Below, in pieces: positions 13,880 to 26,743 of a stretch of 64,000 nt of DNA. A program made the translations under genes and the position numbers. Source of the stretch: Eledone cirrhosa (Eukaryota); contig OZ024742.1 of NCBI GenBank assembly GCA_964016885.1, positions 223,510,001-223,574,000 of the forward strand, in the 5' to 3' direction. Positions within the stretch are counted from its first letter, which is position 1, and each line of letters starts with the position of its first letter. Below the pieces are notes generated by a model that was not told the origin of the DNA, made no database searches, and was given only the letters and a program-made list of their open reading frames with translations.

Positions 13880-16800
13880 ATACTTAATACGTGGACCAAT
13901 CATAAGCCAGAGCCCCCCCCCCCCCCCCCCCCCACGCATCACCATTATTATTATAAGCCAGAGCCCCCCCCCCCCCACCCCACCCCACCCCCACGCATCA
14001 CCATTATTATTATTACGCGGACCAATCATAAGCCAGAGGCCTATACTATCGCTTGCCCGGTTGCCTTCGATATATGATGGATGGATGGATGGATGGATGG
14101 ACGGACTGCGGAATCCTGGAGAGTGGATGGGAGAGAAAAATCTGGACGCTCAGAGCGAAAATGCCAAAGTTAAAGTCAAATTCACCTCGTGGACGAGAAT
14201 GCGAGCACTCCTCTTTGTTTCGCCCGCGGATGGCTAACATAACCCCATCTCCCCCCGCCCCCCACCACCCCCACCCTCCAAACGCAATCCAAAACTTCAG
14301 AGTTGGTACCATAAATGTAGGCACCCTAAAGGGTCGCGCTAACGAGGTTGTAGAAATGCTTGAACGTAAGGAGGTCGATGTTTGTTGTATTCAAGAGACC
14401 AGGTGGAGGGGTGGGTCTGCTAGATTCATTGAGGGTAAAAAACGATGTTATAAGCTTTTCTGGGTGGGAAACGACGATGGGCTGGGTGGAGTAGGAATCA
14501 TGGTAGCAGAAAAGTGGGCAGATAAGATAATAGACGTAAATAGAGTGAACGACAGAATAATTAAAATAAGACTTGTCCTCAATAGAACTACGGTGACAGT
14601 AATATCTGCGTACGCACCCCAATCCGGACTGCCCGGCACTATAAAAGACAGATTCTATGAGACACTGTTGCTAACTACCTCCCAAATATCTGACAGTGAC
14701 TATATAATTATTGCAGGCGACCTAAATGGTCACGTTGGACAACATTGTGACGGCTACGACGAAATCCATGGAGGCTATGGGTTTTGGTACTAGAAATGAG
14801 GAAGGCTCCAGAATCCTGGAATTCTGTGATGCAAATAACCTAACTATCTGTAACACTAACTTCAAAAAACGTGACAATCACCTGATCACCTATAGATCAG
14901 GGGAACACACAAGCCAGGTAGATTATATCCTTACCAGAAGACGTGACAGAGTGTCTGTTGTAAACACTAAATCCCTCCCCCATGAAGAATGCACCTCCCA
15001 ACATAGACTGATAATTAGCGACCTCATAGTCAGGACGAGACGTACTCGACAGCAGAAGAGGACTATCCTCAGGAGGAAAATATGGAAACTAAAGGACCCC
15101 ACAGCCAGAAATAAATTTCAAAGCATATTACTTGATGCTTTCGACAGTAAGGAAGAGCATCTAGAATCGGACAATATAGAGGGACAGTGGGAATTTCTGA
15201 AAGCAAACCTGCTGTTGGCGACAGACGAAGTCTGTGGCTGGAGCAGGCCTGTAGGCAGGAGGAGAGTAACATGGTGGTGGAACAGTAGGGTGGAGGGGTC
15301 AATTAAGGCCAAAAAGCAGGCTTGGAAAGTATGGCGGGATGGGGGAAGTAGAGTAGACTATCAAGTGGCCAGGAGGGAAGCTAGGAGAGAAGTGTACTTA
15401 GCAAGAAGGGAAGCTGAGGAAAGAAAGTTCAAGCATGTTCTACAACGCGATGACCAAAAACGTGAGGTGTTCAGGATTGCCAGGCAATGCGTCAAGGAAA
15501 ACCGTGATATTGTCGGGGAGAAGTGTGTACTTAACGATGATGGCATACTTGCCATCACCGACACTGATAAGAAGGTAGCTTGGAAGTGTCACTATGAAAG
15601 GCTACTAAATGAGGAGAATAAATGGGAGAAAGACAGTCTCCCCCATATCGACCCGATAGAGGGACCAGCAGTGTTAGTCGAGGGGAGTATAATAAGTAAG
15701 GCAATCAAGGATATGAAGACGGGATAGGCGGCTGGGCCTTCGGAAATAGTTGCTGAGATGCTGAAGGCATCTGGCACGGTGGGACACACCATGGTCACCC
15801 GCATAGTTAACCAAGTCGTACAGAATGGGGTTGTTCCGAAGGACTGGCATAGCAGCATCATCGTTAACTGTTATAAGGGTAAAGGAGACGCCCTAGATAG
15901 GAGTAACTATAGAGGCATTAAATTAATCGACCAGGTCATGAAGGTCACGGAAAAAGTAATAGCGCAACTAATCAGAGAGAGAATTGACCTAGATGAAATG
16001 CAGTTCGGGTTTGTGTCGGGCAAAAGCACCACAGACGCTCTTTTCATAGTACGATAACTACAGGAGAAGTACCTAGCTAAAGGTAAACCCCTCTACTTAG
16101 CTTTTGTCGACCTGGAGAAAGCCTTCGACAGAGTCCCCCGCTCCATTATCTGGTGGGCTCTTAGAAAACTAGGCGTTGACGAATGGCTTGTGAGGGCTAT
16201 ACAAGCCATGTATAAAGAAACAGTCAGCAAGGTTAGAATTAACAACGAATATAGTGAAGAGTTTAGCGTAAAAGTTGGCGTCCATCAGGGCTCTGTTCTC
16301 AGCCCCCTACTATTTATTATTGCCCTCCAGGCTATAACAGAGGAGTTCAAGACAGGCTGCCCATGGGAACTCCTATACGCAGACGACCTGACACTCATAG
16401 CGGAATCAATGGCCGAGCTAGAGAAGAAATTCCAAACATGGAAGCACGGCCTAGAGTCAAAAGGACTTAAAATTAACCTGGCTAAGACCAAAGTTCTAGT
16501 TTGTAGGAAAGAAAACAAGGCGGCGGTCCCTTCTGGGAAATGGTCGTGCTCGGTGTGTAGGAAAGGCGTAGGTAGAAACTCTATTTTATGTCCTAAATGC
16601 AAAGTATGGGTGCATAAAAGATGTAGTGGGATCACAGGTAAGCTAACTAAGAACATAGATTTTACATGTGGCCGGTGTTCTGGTGCAATAAGTAGCAGCA
16701 AGTGCCCACAAAATACTAGCTCTTTCAATTGCGCAGAGGGTTCTATAGAAATAGTGGACAGCTTCCGTTACCTGGGCGATAAAATCAGCAGTGGGGGAGG

Positions 16801-17700
16801 GTGCTCTGAAAGTACTGTAGCTAGAGTCAGAACTGGTTGGAAAAAGTTCAGAGAGCTTATACCACTATTAGCTGCTAAAGGGTTCTCCCTAAAAATGAAA
16901 GGCAGGTTGTACGATGCCTGCATACGAACAGCAATGTTGCATGGTAGTGAGACCTGGGCATTGTGTGCAGAGGATATACGCAGACTAGAGAGGAACGAAG
17001 CTTGCATGCTCCGCTGGATGTGTAACAGTAATATACGTGAACGGCAAAGCATAAACGAACTAAGGAAAAAATTAGAGATAAGAGGGATCAGATGTTGTTT
17101 ACTCGAGAGAAGGCTGCGTTGGTATGGACACGTGATGCGCATGAAAGTCGATAGCTGTATAACAAAGTGCAGGGCAATAAAGATAGACGGTAGCCACGGA
17201 ATAGGCAGACCTAGAAAAACATGGGATGAGCTGATAAACTCCGACCTCACACACTTACACCTCTCCAAGACAATGTCACTGGACCGAGACCTTTGGCGGT
17301 ACTCAGTAACAGAGAAGACCCGCCTTGCCAGTAGGCATCTCTAACAAAATACACCCCCGTCCCGCCACCACCCCCACCCCATCCACACCACCCCGTTCTA
17401 TGTAAAGTTATGTTGGTGCCGCGCCATCCAGGCCGAAACAAATGAGATCGTGTAGGTGTCACGACAAAAAAACATACAGTCCACGCTGTAATGTGGCCGT
17501 GTAGGCAACACGGTAAAAACCTCCCAAACCCACACTGTAAATGTGGTTGGTGTTAGGAAGGGCATCCAACTGTAGAAAACCTGCCAGACAGTCCTATGCG
17601 AGCAAGACAATCACTCTTGCCTCAAGTGGGACTACCCCCGTCCAAACCCATGCAAGCGTGGAACACGGACGTTAAACGTTGATGATGATGATGATGATGA
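13880..17700 (+). mobile_element. Near full-length RTE-clade LINE with (GAT)n tail
   Basis: 5' UTR (start uncertain), APE-RT ORF, 3' UTR, and GATGATGAT tail at ~17680-17700. Confidence 0.93.
14161..17344 (+). pseudogene. RTE ORF (APE + RT with inserted PHD finger), disrupted
   Basis: Motifs NVGTL, IQETRW, YAPQ, GDLNGH, TSQHR, NYRGIKL, FVDLEKAFD, HQGSVLSP, YADD, RLRWYGHV. Frameshift at ~14785; stops at 15725 and 16055. Confidence 0.92.
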
Positions 17701-17732
17701 TACATATATTATGTATACATATTTATATACTA

Positions 17733-17910
17733 TCTATAAACAACTAAAACTCTGTGCTTGTGTGTTTGTCTGTAATCTAATACAGCCAAAATGGTGCATA
17801 ATCGGAAAAGACTTTGAAAGGAAGTTGCCCCTGAAATGGGAATACAAATGGAATAAAACAAGTTTCATGTAAATCAGAGCACGGGTTTCCGAGATACAGA
17901 GTATGGAGTA
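17733..17910 (+). mobile_element. Non-autonomous Helitron 5' end (inverted copy at ~35420-35589)
   Basis: A|TCTATA...AAAACTCTGTG..TGTTTGTC start. The ~170-bp block recurs reverse-complemented at 35420-35589. Confidence 0.55.
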
Positions 17911-17920
17911 GATTGAAAAA

Positions 17921-17978
<58 letters not shown>

Positions 17979-18117
17979 GAGAGAGAGAAAGAGAGAGAGA
18001 GAGAGAAGAAGACTTAGAAGGAAAATGGAAGAGGGAGAGAGAGAGAGAGCTGATGGTGTTGTTGACATGGTTATAAAATTGAGGCTTGTTTGCATAATTG
18101 CAAACGAATCGAATGTT

Positions 18118-18292
18118 CAGTATCGGTAGAGGGTCGGACGCCATGCTTTCCAGCATAGTTACGTCCCTTTACCATCTGAGTTCAAATCCCGCCGAGGTTG
18201 ACTTTGCCTTTCATCCTTACGGGGTCGATAAAATAAAGTACCAGTAATGCACTGGTAATTGCTGGCCTTGTGCCTAAAGTAGAAACAATTAT
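18118..18292 (+). mobile_element. Nin/Deu-domain tRNA SINE (5'-truncated)
   Basis: Matches the family. An empty-site copy of the flank is present at 18670-18757. Confidence 0.85.
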
Positions 18293-18984
18293 TAATATTC
18301 GAAAAACTCAGATTACGTTTATTGTATTCAGCCATGTAGAGCGAAATTTTCTTTTTTATTTGAATTTGGCAAAGCCGGCCATTTATCGCTCGTATACAGG
18401 AAACTGACTGGCCAGTCTGCTGATATGCAAATCTGGCTGATCAGTGGATCTGCTAATATGCAGATCTGACTGATCACCAGTCTGCTAATATGCAAATCAG
18501 GCCGATCAGTCACTGTGTATTTTTGAAAATAGCATATATTTTCACTAACTCTGACAGTTTGGCAGGGGAACAGTGTGCTGTACTGATGAAGGGTGATACC
18601 CAGAAACATTAGTGTCTGCAGTTCTGTTCGCATGCCAAACAAGAGCAAGAATGAAGGGTTCAGTCTACTGACATGACTATAAAATTGAGGCTTTTTTGCA
18701 TAATTGCAAACGAATCGAATGTTATTATTAATATTCGAAAAACTCAGATTACATTTATATATCTCTATATATATATATACACATACACACTCACATATAG
18801 CCCCCCCCCCCTCCCCCCAAATGTATACACAGTTCAACAGCATTCTAATCAGTGTGTATACATTTCTTTGGGACGCTCTGCATATATATATAGAGATACA
18901 GAGACACAGACATATATACAAACACACGCATACAAATATATTTAAACACACACATATATATATATATAAACATGCACACATATA

Positions 18985-19300
18985 AATGGAGTCACGCCGT
19001 CGGTTACGACGACAAGTGATCCAGTTTGATACTGTCAACGGAAAAGCCTTCCCATGAAATGTTCGTACAAGTAGCTGAGCATTCTAAAGACATGCATACA
19101 CTTCACGTAGTTCTCAGGGAGGTTCAGTGTGATACAGTATGTGACAAAACTGGTCCTTCGTATTACAGGTACAACTCATTTTTGCCAGCTGAGTGGACTG
19201 GAGCAACGTGAAATAAAATGTCTTTCTCAAGGACATAATGCGCTGCCGGGAATAGAACTCACGAACTTACGATTGTGAGATAAATGCCCTAACCACGCAC
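18985..19300 (-). mobile_element. tRNA-derived SINE (Meta/CORE-like)
   Basis: Reverse complement has a tRNA-like head and TCCTTGAGAAAGACA...CTCAGCTG. Fragments at 22445-22590, 28525-28685 and 54280-54495. Confidence 0.7.
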
Positions 19301-19326
19301 ATTCAACAACATAAGTACATATATAA

Positions 19327-19360
<34 letters not shown>

Positions 19361-19391
19361 TTATATATTTAAACACAAACACGCACACATA

Positions 19392-19867
19392 TCTATATAG
19401 GTGAAAAACTGCGTTTTTTCAGGTTTTTAGGTTTGTTTATTTTAGGCGTTACGTCAGACTGATTTCCTTGAAATTGTAACTATGTATTAGTCAGTCTCTT
19501 TTTCATACCTGAGCAAAGAAAATCCAACTTTTTTATGGCCTAGGGCCCGCATTAGGTGAAAAACTTCATTTTTTCACCTTTTTATGGCCTTTTTGAAGAG
19601 TTACGTCTAGCCGATTTTCCCGAAATTTCAAGGCATATTATGCACATAAAAAAATTAATTTTCTTGATCCCCTAGGGCTGGCATTAGGTGAAAACCTGCA
19701 TTTTTCCTTCTTCATCGAGTAAAATCTTAAAGATTATCCAGCCATCAGAGTATTTGGTTTATTTTCTTTACATATTGTCCAGGCATGCAGTTTTTCCACG
19801 ATTAGGTCTGTTGGCGGCCCGCGTTACAAAATACCTTATCCCGTGTAACGCCGGGTACCACTGCTAG
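19392..19867 (+). mobile_element. Non-autonomous Helitron
   Basis: A|TC start. Three internal TAGGTGAAAA modules. 3' hairpin CCCGTGTAACGCCGGG followed by CTAG|T. Confidence 0.75.
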
Positions 19868-20185
19868 TACTATATATTTTCAACAGTAATACTGTACTAT
19901 ATATTTTCAACAGTAATACTATACTATATATTTTCAACAGTAATACTGTACTATATATTTTCAACAGTAATACTATACTATATGTTTTCAACTGTAATAT
20001 TATACTATATATTTACAACAGCAATACTATACTGTACTATATATTTTCAACAGTAATACTGTACTGTACTATATATTTTCAACAGTAATACTATATATTT
20101 TCAACAGTAATACTATACTAAACTATATGTTTTCAACAGTAATACTATACTATACTATATATTTTCAACAGTAATACTATACTAC
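19868..20185. repeat. ~28-bp minisatellite TACTATATATTTTCAACAGTAATACTRT
   Basis: About 10-11 tandem units. Confidence 0.9.
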
Positions 20186-20287
20186 ACAGACGGCTTATCG
20201 TCTGTTTATCCACACGAAGCTAGGTACGTCAGCTATATATATATATATCTATTTGGATGCCGTAGAACACGCCAATGGTAGCTAGTA

Positions 20288-21468
20288 TCTGTACATATAT
20301 GTAAAACTGTAGTTGTGTGTGTGTGCGTGTGTGTGTCCTCATTTTTGCAAAGTCTATACAAATCCACATTTCTACTCCGATTGACTTCAAACTCGCATTT
20401 ATATATTCCTTGCGGTCTAAATATAGTAACTGCAGCTTTTATTTTTCAATTTTCTGTTGTTAAAGGGGTGTTAGGCGCCGGTTATCGATCTCCGTCGCGC
20501 CCTTATAATATCTGTCTGTTTGTCTGGCTGTCTGCATTACGACATTATGACAAACATTGATGACGTATTATGTTCACTATTTTCCGTTCATTGCCAGGGA
20601 ACGTCTTCACGAACCAAAGTATCGTCTTCCTGTTTTCCTTCGGTTGGAACGTTTTTCGAAATATTCACTTCTGAGTTCACAGATTTATTTTTTTAGTTTC
20701 AGAAGATCCCGCTAAGGGTGAAAGCAGCGATTCTTTGCTTAAACTTTAATCTGTTATTTTAATATATAATATAAGCGAGGCAAGCCAGCCCAGTTGCCAC
20801 TTCTTGCTAATAAACATTAACCCTTTGTGCGCCATTCATCTAACTGTAGACTAACAAATACCAACTAAACAGAGCATTGACAAGACCGATGGCGAATGAA
20901 TCTTCGAGGTAAGTAGTTTCCTCCCGAGCTGTTAGTTCACGCGTGATTCTCTGCTACACCTTTCCGTAATAATAACGAACAACGTACTGCTGGTCACTCC
21001 TTCCTCCAAAAGCCGTACAAAGCGGACATGTGCATCGGGCAGATGGATCGGGTGTAAATCTACACCAGGCCTACGCGAGAAATTCACAAGGGACTGCACC
21101 AAGAGGGATAGGGAGAAAGAGTAACTTAGTGACAAGAGTGCGAATGAACTTTTGAGGTAAGTAGCCTACGCCTTACTACTATGACACTGGAACCTTCTGC
21201 CAACTTAACCTGTGACTTTTTCTTTCATATTTACTCAAAAAGGCCAAAACAGAGGAGTATGAAAAGAAGGGGCTCAACAATATTTCTATGAACAATGCAC
21301 GTAGACAGCTAAACTGTAGTTTCAACTTCTTAATTTTCTCCAAATAAAACAAGTTTCCTGTCGGTTTTTAACAGTTTCGTGAGTTTTTAACAGGCACTCA
21401 CAAATAAATGTTTCTCATTGGAGGTGCTATTGCCAATGTTCTTACCCATGCAACGCCAGGATACACTG

Positions 21469-21472
<4 letters not shown>
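20288..21472 (+). mobile_element. Non-autonomous composite Helitron
   Basis: A|TCTGTACATATATGTAAAACTG..GTGTGT 5' end. Degenerate 3' end CCCATGCAACGCCAGG..CTGCTAA|T. Shares an internal block with 24733-24782. Confidence 0.65.
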
Positions 21473-21559
<87 letters not shown>

Positions 21560-22885
21560 GTTGGGTATGTGGATGAGTTGCTGTATGTTTGTATATGCGG
21601 GTGAGTGTATATGTATATATTTGCATATGTATACGCTGGTATTTCTTTTTTATACACACATATATGTATGTATGTATGTAAATGTGTATATATGGGTATG
21701 TATGAGTGCGTATGTGTTTTTGCACGTATGCATGGTGTGTATATGTGTACATAGGGTTTTTGGTATATGTACGTTTGGTGAACATATGTGTATTTACTTG
21801 TAGGTATGTGTGTGTGTGCGTTATATACGCATTTATGCGGGTATGTTTATATATGTATATATAATTATATGTATACACACACACACATACACGCATTTAT
21901 ATGTGTATTTGGTGTATACGTTCGTATGTGTGCGAGTATATGTGTCGCGCCGGTTTACGTACGTGTTTATGTGTACGTGCATATATATATTGATGCATGG
22001 CGTGTGTTTTCGCGTATGCACGTAGTCTAGGGCGAGAGGGGGAATTGTGAGAGAGTGAGGTATATAGTCAGACATAGAAAGGGGGAGAGGGTTTGGTGAT
22101 TTAGTGAAAGAGGTAGAATGTTGGTCTAGTGAGAGAGAGTAAGGCATGTAGTGGTATATAGAGAGGTTGAGAAGGTATAATATTTTAGTGGGAGTGACAA
22201 AATAATTGTAGAAGGGAAGAAAAATGTTTTAATATTGGGTTTCGCAGTAAAGTAACTGTGTGAGTGTGTGTGTGTATGTTTATATGTATATGTGTGCGTG
22301 TGTATATGAGTGCGTGTTTATATATATGTGTTTATATACACGTGTGCGTTTTTTTAATGTTTCTATATATATATATGTGTGTGTGTATACCGATTGTGTT
22401 GTTATTTCTGTTTACCTTTTACATACATATATATATGTGTACGTGTCACACACTGTCACACTGAATCTCCCTGAGAACTACGTAAAGCTTACGCGTGTCT
22501 GTGGAATGCTCAGCTACTTACACGTTAATTTCACGAGTAGGCTTAATTTCATGAGTATCAACTGGATCACTTGCTTCGTAAACGACGCCGTGACTTCATT
22601 TTACCCTTAACGGGATCTTCTGAAACTAAAAATCGATCTATGAACCCAGAAGTAAATATTTCGAAAAACGTTGCAACCGAAGCAAAACAGGAAGACGATA
22701 CTTTGGTTCACGAAGACGTTCCCTGGCAATGAACGGGAAAAAAGCGAAGAAAATACGTCATTATGTGGAACGGTGAGAACAATTACACGCAAAGACAAAG
22801 CCACGTTTATGGTATAAATGGAGTCATTAGACTAATATTCTATTTAGGAAACCGAATGATTCTCGGCTTCGGAGTTAAGAATAAT

Positions 22886-23065
22886 TGTTTCTACTTTTGG
22901 CACAAGGCCAGCAATTATCTCAGTACATTACTGGTACTTTATTTTATCGACCCCGTAAGGATGAAAGGTAAAGTTAACTTCGGCGGGATATGAACTCAGA
23001 CCATAAAGGGCCGTAACTTTTTGCTGCAAAGCATGGCGTCAGACCCTCTACCGATACTGCCAAAC
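22886..23065 (-). mobile_element. Nin/Deu-domain SINE with 19-bp TSD
   Basis: CTTCGGAGTTAAGAATAAT at 22867-22885 and 23066-23084. Confidence 0.9.
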
Positions 23066-23747
23066 CTTCGGAGTTAAGAATAATGTAAATAATTTAGTTG
23101 AACGAAAATGACAGAGGTTATTAAAATCATAAAAGTAATAATAATTAAATATATACATACACGCATCTATATACACGTGTACATACACGAAAGATTGGAA
23201 ATCTAAAGATGAACCACAAATATTATAAACACCATGCATATTTCTACAAGTACATAGTGCCTGTTGAGGTATTCATCCACTTTTATAATTTTTCTCCTTA
23301 TGTAGAGAACAAAACGTTGAATAATGCTGCTAATTTTAGTGGCAATATCAACATGTTTATAATAAACAGCTATTATCTGCGACCTGATTTTGCGTGTGTG
23401 TCATTTTAACGGCTTGACCGCATGCGTTGGGCAGGAAGCGAAATATTTACTTACTGTAGGGCGAGCAACCTTATAGTGTGGAAATAAGCTGTCTGAAGAT
23501 TCATTTCTTTCCATTGGAAATTCTTTGGATTGCCAATCTTTTGGAATGATGAAACCGTCGGTAACAGCAATAGAACAGGTGATTATTTAAATCGTTGATT
23601 TATTTAGAGAATCGTTTGATAACCGCTTGCTCCGCTATTTTTTATATTGTTCTGGTATCTCGAATTAGTACCATTGAACCACAAATATTATAAACACCTT
23701 GCATATTTCTACAAGTACATAGTACATCCACTTTTATATATATATAT

Positions 23748-24212
23748 AGTAAAAAATTGAACGGGAACAAAACAGAGAGGCAGTACGAACAAAGGTTTAT
23801 TAGTTTCACGCTCTTGAGAGTGGGGTGGTGGTGGGGAACGACGTTTCGTGCATAAGCCCTTCTTCAGGTGAAAAGTGTGTGGGAAGAGAGTTCCAAGGGT
23901 GTGTAAGGGAGTGGTGGAGAGACATATAGAAAAAAGGGGGTGAGAGGAAACGGTACAAATGAAATTAAATATAAAAGCATGATAAAAATAAAAATACACA
24001 TGAAGTAAAACAGGTGGTGGAAGGGTGTGGGGCGTGTAGGGATGGTGGCGGGTGGAGTGGGGAGAGGGAGGCTGGGTGTCCGAGCGGGGAGGGTGGAAGG
24101 TGGTGTGTGTGTGTAGGTGTACATGTGTGTGTGTGTGTATGTGAAAGTAAGAGTTGGGGAGAGAAACGGGGTTGCATGTTTCAGGAAGAGGTGTGTGAAG
24201 GGTGGGGTGTAG
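23748..24212 (-). mobile_element. Penelope-like pseudo-LTR fragment with a degenerate minimal hammerhead (~23838-23870)
   Basis: Minus strand CTGAAGA-AGGGCTTATGCAC-GAAACGTC with downstream AATAAA. Flanked by (TA)n. Confidence 0.6.
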
Positions 24213-24497
24213 ATATATATATATATTTAAAAGTTAAACAAGGTTCAATGAATAAATCAAAGAATGAGTTTAAACAATTCCCCCTCTCTATATTCCACTA
24301 CATACCTAATTCTCTCCCACTCTTTATATTCCACTACATACCTTACTCTCTTTCACACTCTTAACTCTCCTCTCTCACTAGGCTAAGAAATTCACATCCC
24401 TCTCTATATCCCACTACACACCTCACACTCGCTCTCAATTTCCCCTCTCTCACTAGACACGAACACACACACACATATGTATGTATATATATATATT

Positions 24498-25023
24498 TAG
24501 TATTGCCACAACCAGGGCTGGCAAAGAAGTAAGGGTCTGGTGGTACATAAGTAAGCAACACTGTGGCTTAAAACGTGAGGAAGAAGTTGTGTGCACTTAC
24601 CAACTGTTTGGGGAATGAGTGTGAGATTTGTCTCGAGTAAGGGTGAGAGAATAACTGGAGGAAGCAGACAGCCAGACATACAGACAGATATTATAAGGGC
24701 ACGTTCTGGACGCAGAGCGAATTGTAGGAAGTGACGTAATGCAGACAGCCAGACATACAGACAGATATTATAAGGGCGCGATGTTATATGTATGTATATA
24801 TCTAAAAAGAGAAAGACTAAGAATTATAGAGAGAGATCGCTAAATCGCCTAATGCGGTCTCTAGGGCATTGAAAATTTGAAATTCTTTTTTGCTCAGAAT
24901 ACTCCCTGAAACATAAGTATTACATGTGTAAAGTTTGAAAACAGTCGGTTGGGTGCTTCTCTTGTTTTAGGGATTCAAACTCACACACACACAGACAGAC
25001 ATCCTCAGTTTTATATATATAGA
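24498..25023 (-). mobile_element. Non-autonomous Helitron (third unit of a head-to-tail array)
   Basis: Minus-strand start TCTATATATATAAAAACTGAGGATGTCTGTCTG. 3' hairpin TTGCCA...TGGCAA followed by CTAA. Confidence 0.65.
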
Positions 25024-25800
25024 CTAGCAGAAAACCACCCGGTGGGCGGTTTTCTGCTAGCAAATCTAGTGTACATACTGATATTGTTGAGATTTGGATG
25101 AGAAATGTTTTCGGCACCACATGTTCAGCGTCTCTCGGTTTGTCTTTTATGCATGTATAAATATATATGTTATCTATACGGTGAAATCTTTGAAATAAAT
25201 ATATGTTAAAACGAAAAAGGAGAAAAAGAGATTAGTGACGGAAATATAAACGTTATGATACATAAACGTTATGATATAACGATGGAAATATATAAACGTT
25301 TACGATAAAACGATGGAAATAGAAACGTTTATATATAATGATAAGCCGAAACACTCGTAAGCCGAAACTCTCGTAAGTCGAAACACTCGTAAAACGAAAC
25401 GTATAAATAAAGATTAATGTAAGGAATTTGAAAAGCATGGAGATTTGAAACCATGTCTATTTGTTTCCTTGGCGTTTTTTACAGACGGACAGACAGACAA
25501 ACAAACAGAGAAATGCCCATTATATATTATAAGTAGACTTGGCATGGTGTCAAGTCAGAACCGCCTCGAACTGGTTACTTCTGGCTTGTGCAAGGTGTCT
25601 CTATAGCAATCAGCGATTCCCTCGGCCTCAGTGACCAAAGTCAGTGGAGAGGGGAAGGTAATGTTTCTATAGCGACAGTGTTTCTCTTGGTAGTACCAAA
25701 GTGGAGAAAGGAAGGGGAAGGTAATATTTCTGTAGCACCTACATTTGAGTTTTAGGGAAGGACAGACAGACAGACAAACAGAGAAATGCCCATATATTTC

Positions 25801-25863
<63 letters not shown>

Positions 25864-25889
25864 CACACACAGAAATGTATATATATTTC

Positions 25890-25926
<37 letters not shown>

Positions 25927-26743
25927 TACACACACAGAAATGTATATATATTTCTGTGTGTATATATATATATTTCTGTGTGTGTATATATATATATATT
26001 ACACACACAGAAATGTATATATATTTCTGTGTGTGTGTATATATATATTACACACAGAAATGTATATATATTTCTGTGTGTATATATATATATTTCTGTG
26101 TGTGTATATATATATATATTACACACACAGAAATGTATATATATTTCTTAGAACAAAATTATTATTAATGTTTTGCTGTTCATAACAATTGGAATTGAAA
26201 AATTACTTTTGAAATTATTAGTTATTTTACTAATGCTTAGATATGTAAAATGAAGCAATGTTTCTAATAATTGTTTCTACTTTTGGCACAAGGCCAGCAA
26301 TTATCCAGTACATTACTGGTACTTTATTTTATCGACCCCGTGAGGATGAAAGGCAAAGTTAACTTCGGCGGTATTTGAACTCAGACCGTAAAGGGACGTA
26401 ACTCCATGTTATGAAGCATGGTGTCCGACTCTCTACAGATTCTGCCAATCCACCGCCCTAATGTATGTACGTAATGAGGGAGTAAGAGGGGAGAGAAAGA
26501 AAGGCAGAGGTGAAGTGACGAAGTGACTCTCTCCTCCTCATCCTCCTCCATCTCCCCATTCATCACAGCGATAGAGGGGAGGAATGTTAGTGTGTTACAA
26601 AGAGAAAGAGTGAGAGTGAGAGAAACAGACAGACTAAAAGAGAGGGATAGATAGAGAGAGAGAGGGATAGCAACCACGCGCGCACGTGTTTCCACTGTCG
26701 GACAGACAGACAGAGAAATTGCTGGTTATATATTATAAGGAGA
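25024..26743 (-). mobile_element. Non-autonomous Helitron unit carrying a captured SINE and a hairpin minisatellite
   Basis: 5' TCTCCTTATAAT. 3' hairpin ending in CTAG. SINE at ~26265-26460. Confidence 0.8.

Noticed and set aside
19868-20185. CRISPR-like 28-bp repeats (also the 42-bp repeats at 37920-38150 and 49955-50270)
   Set aside because: The units are contiguous without unique spacers, there are no cas genes, and the context is eukaryotic.
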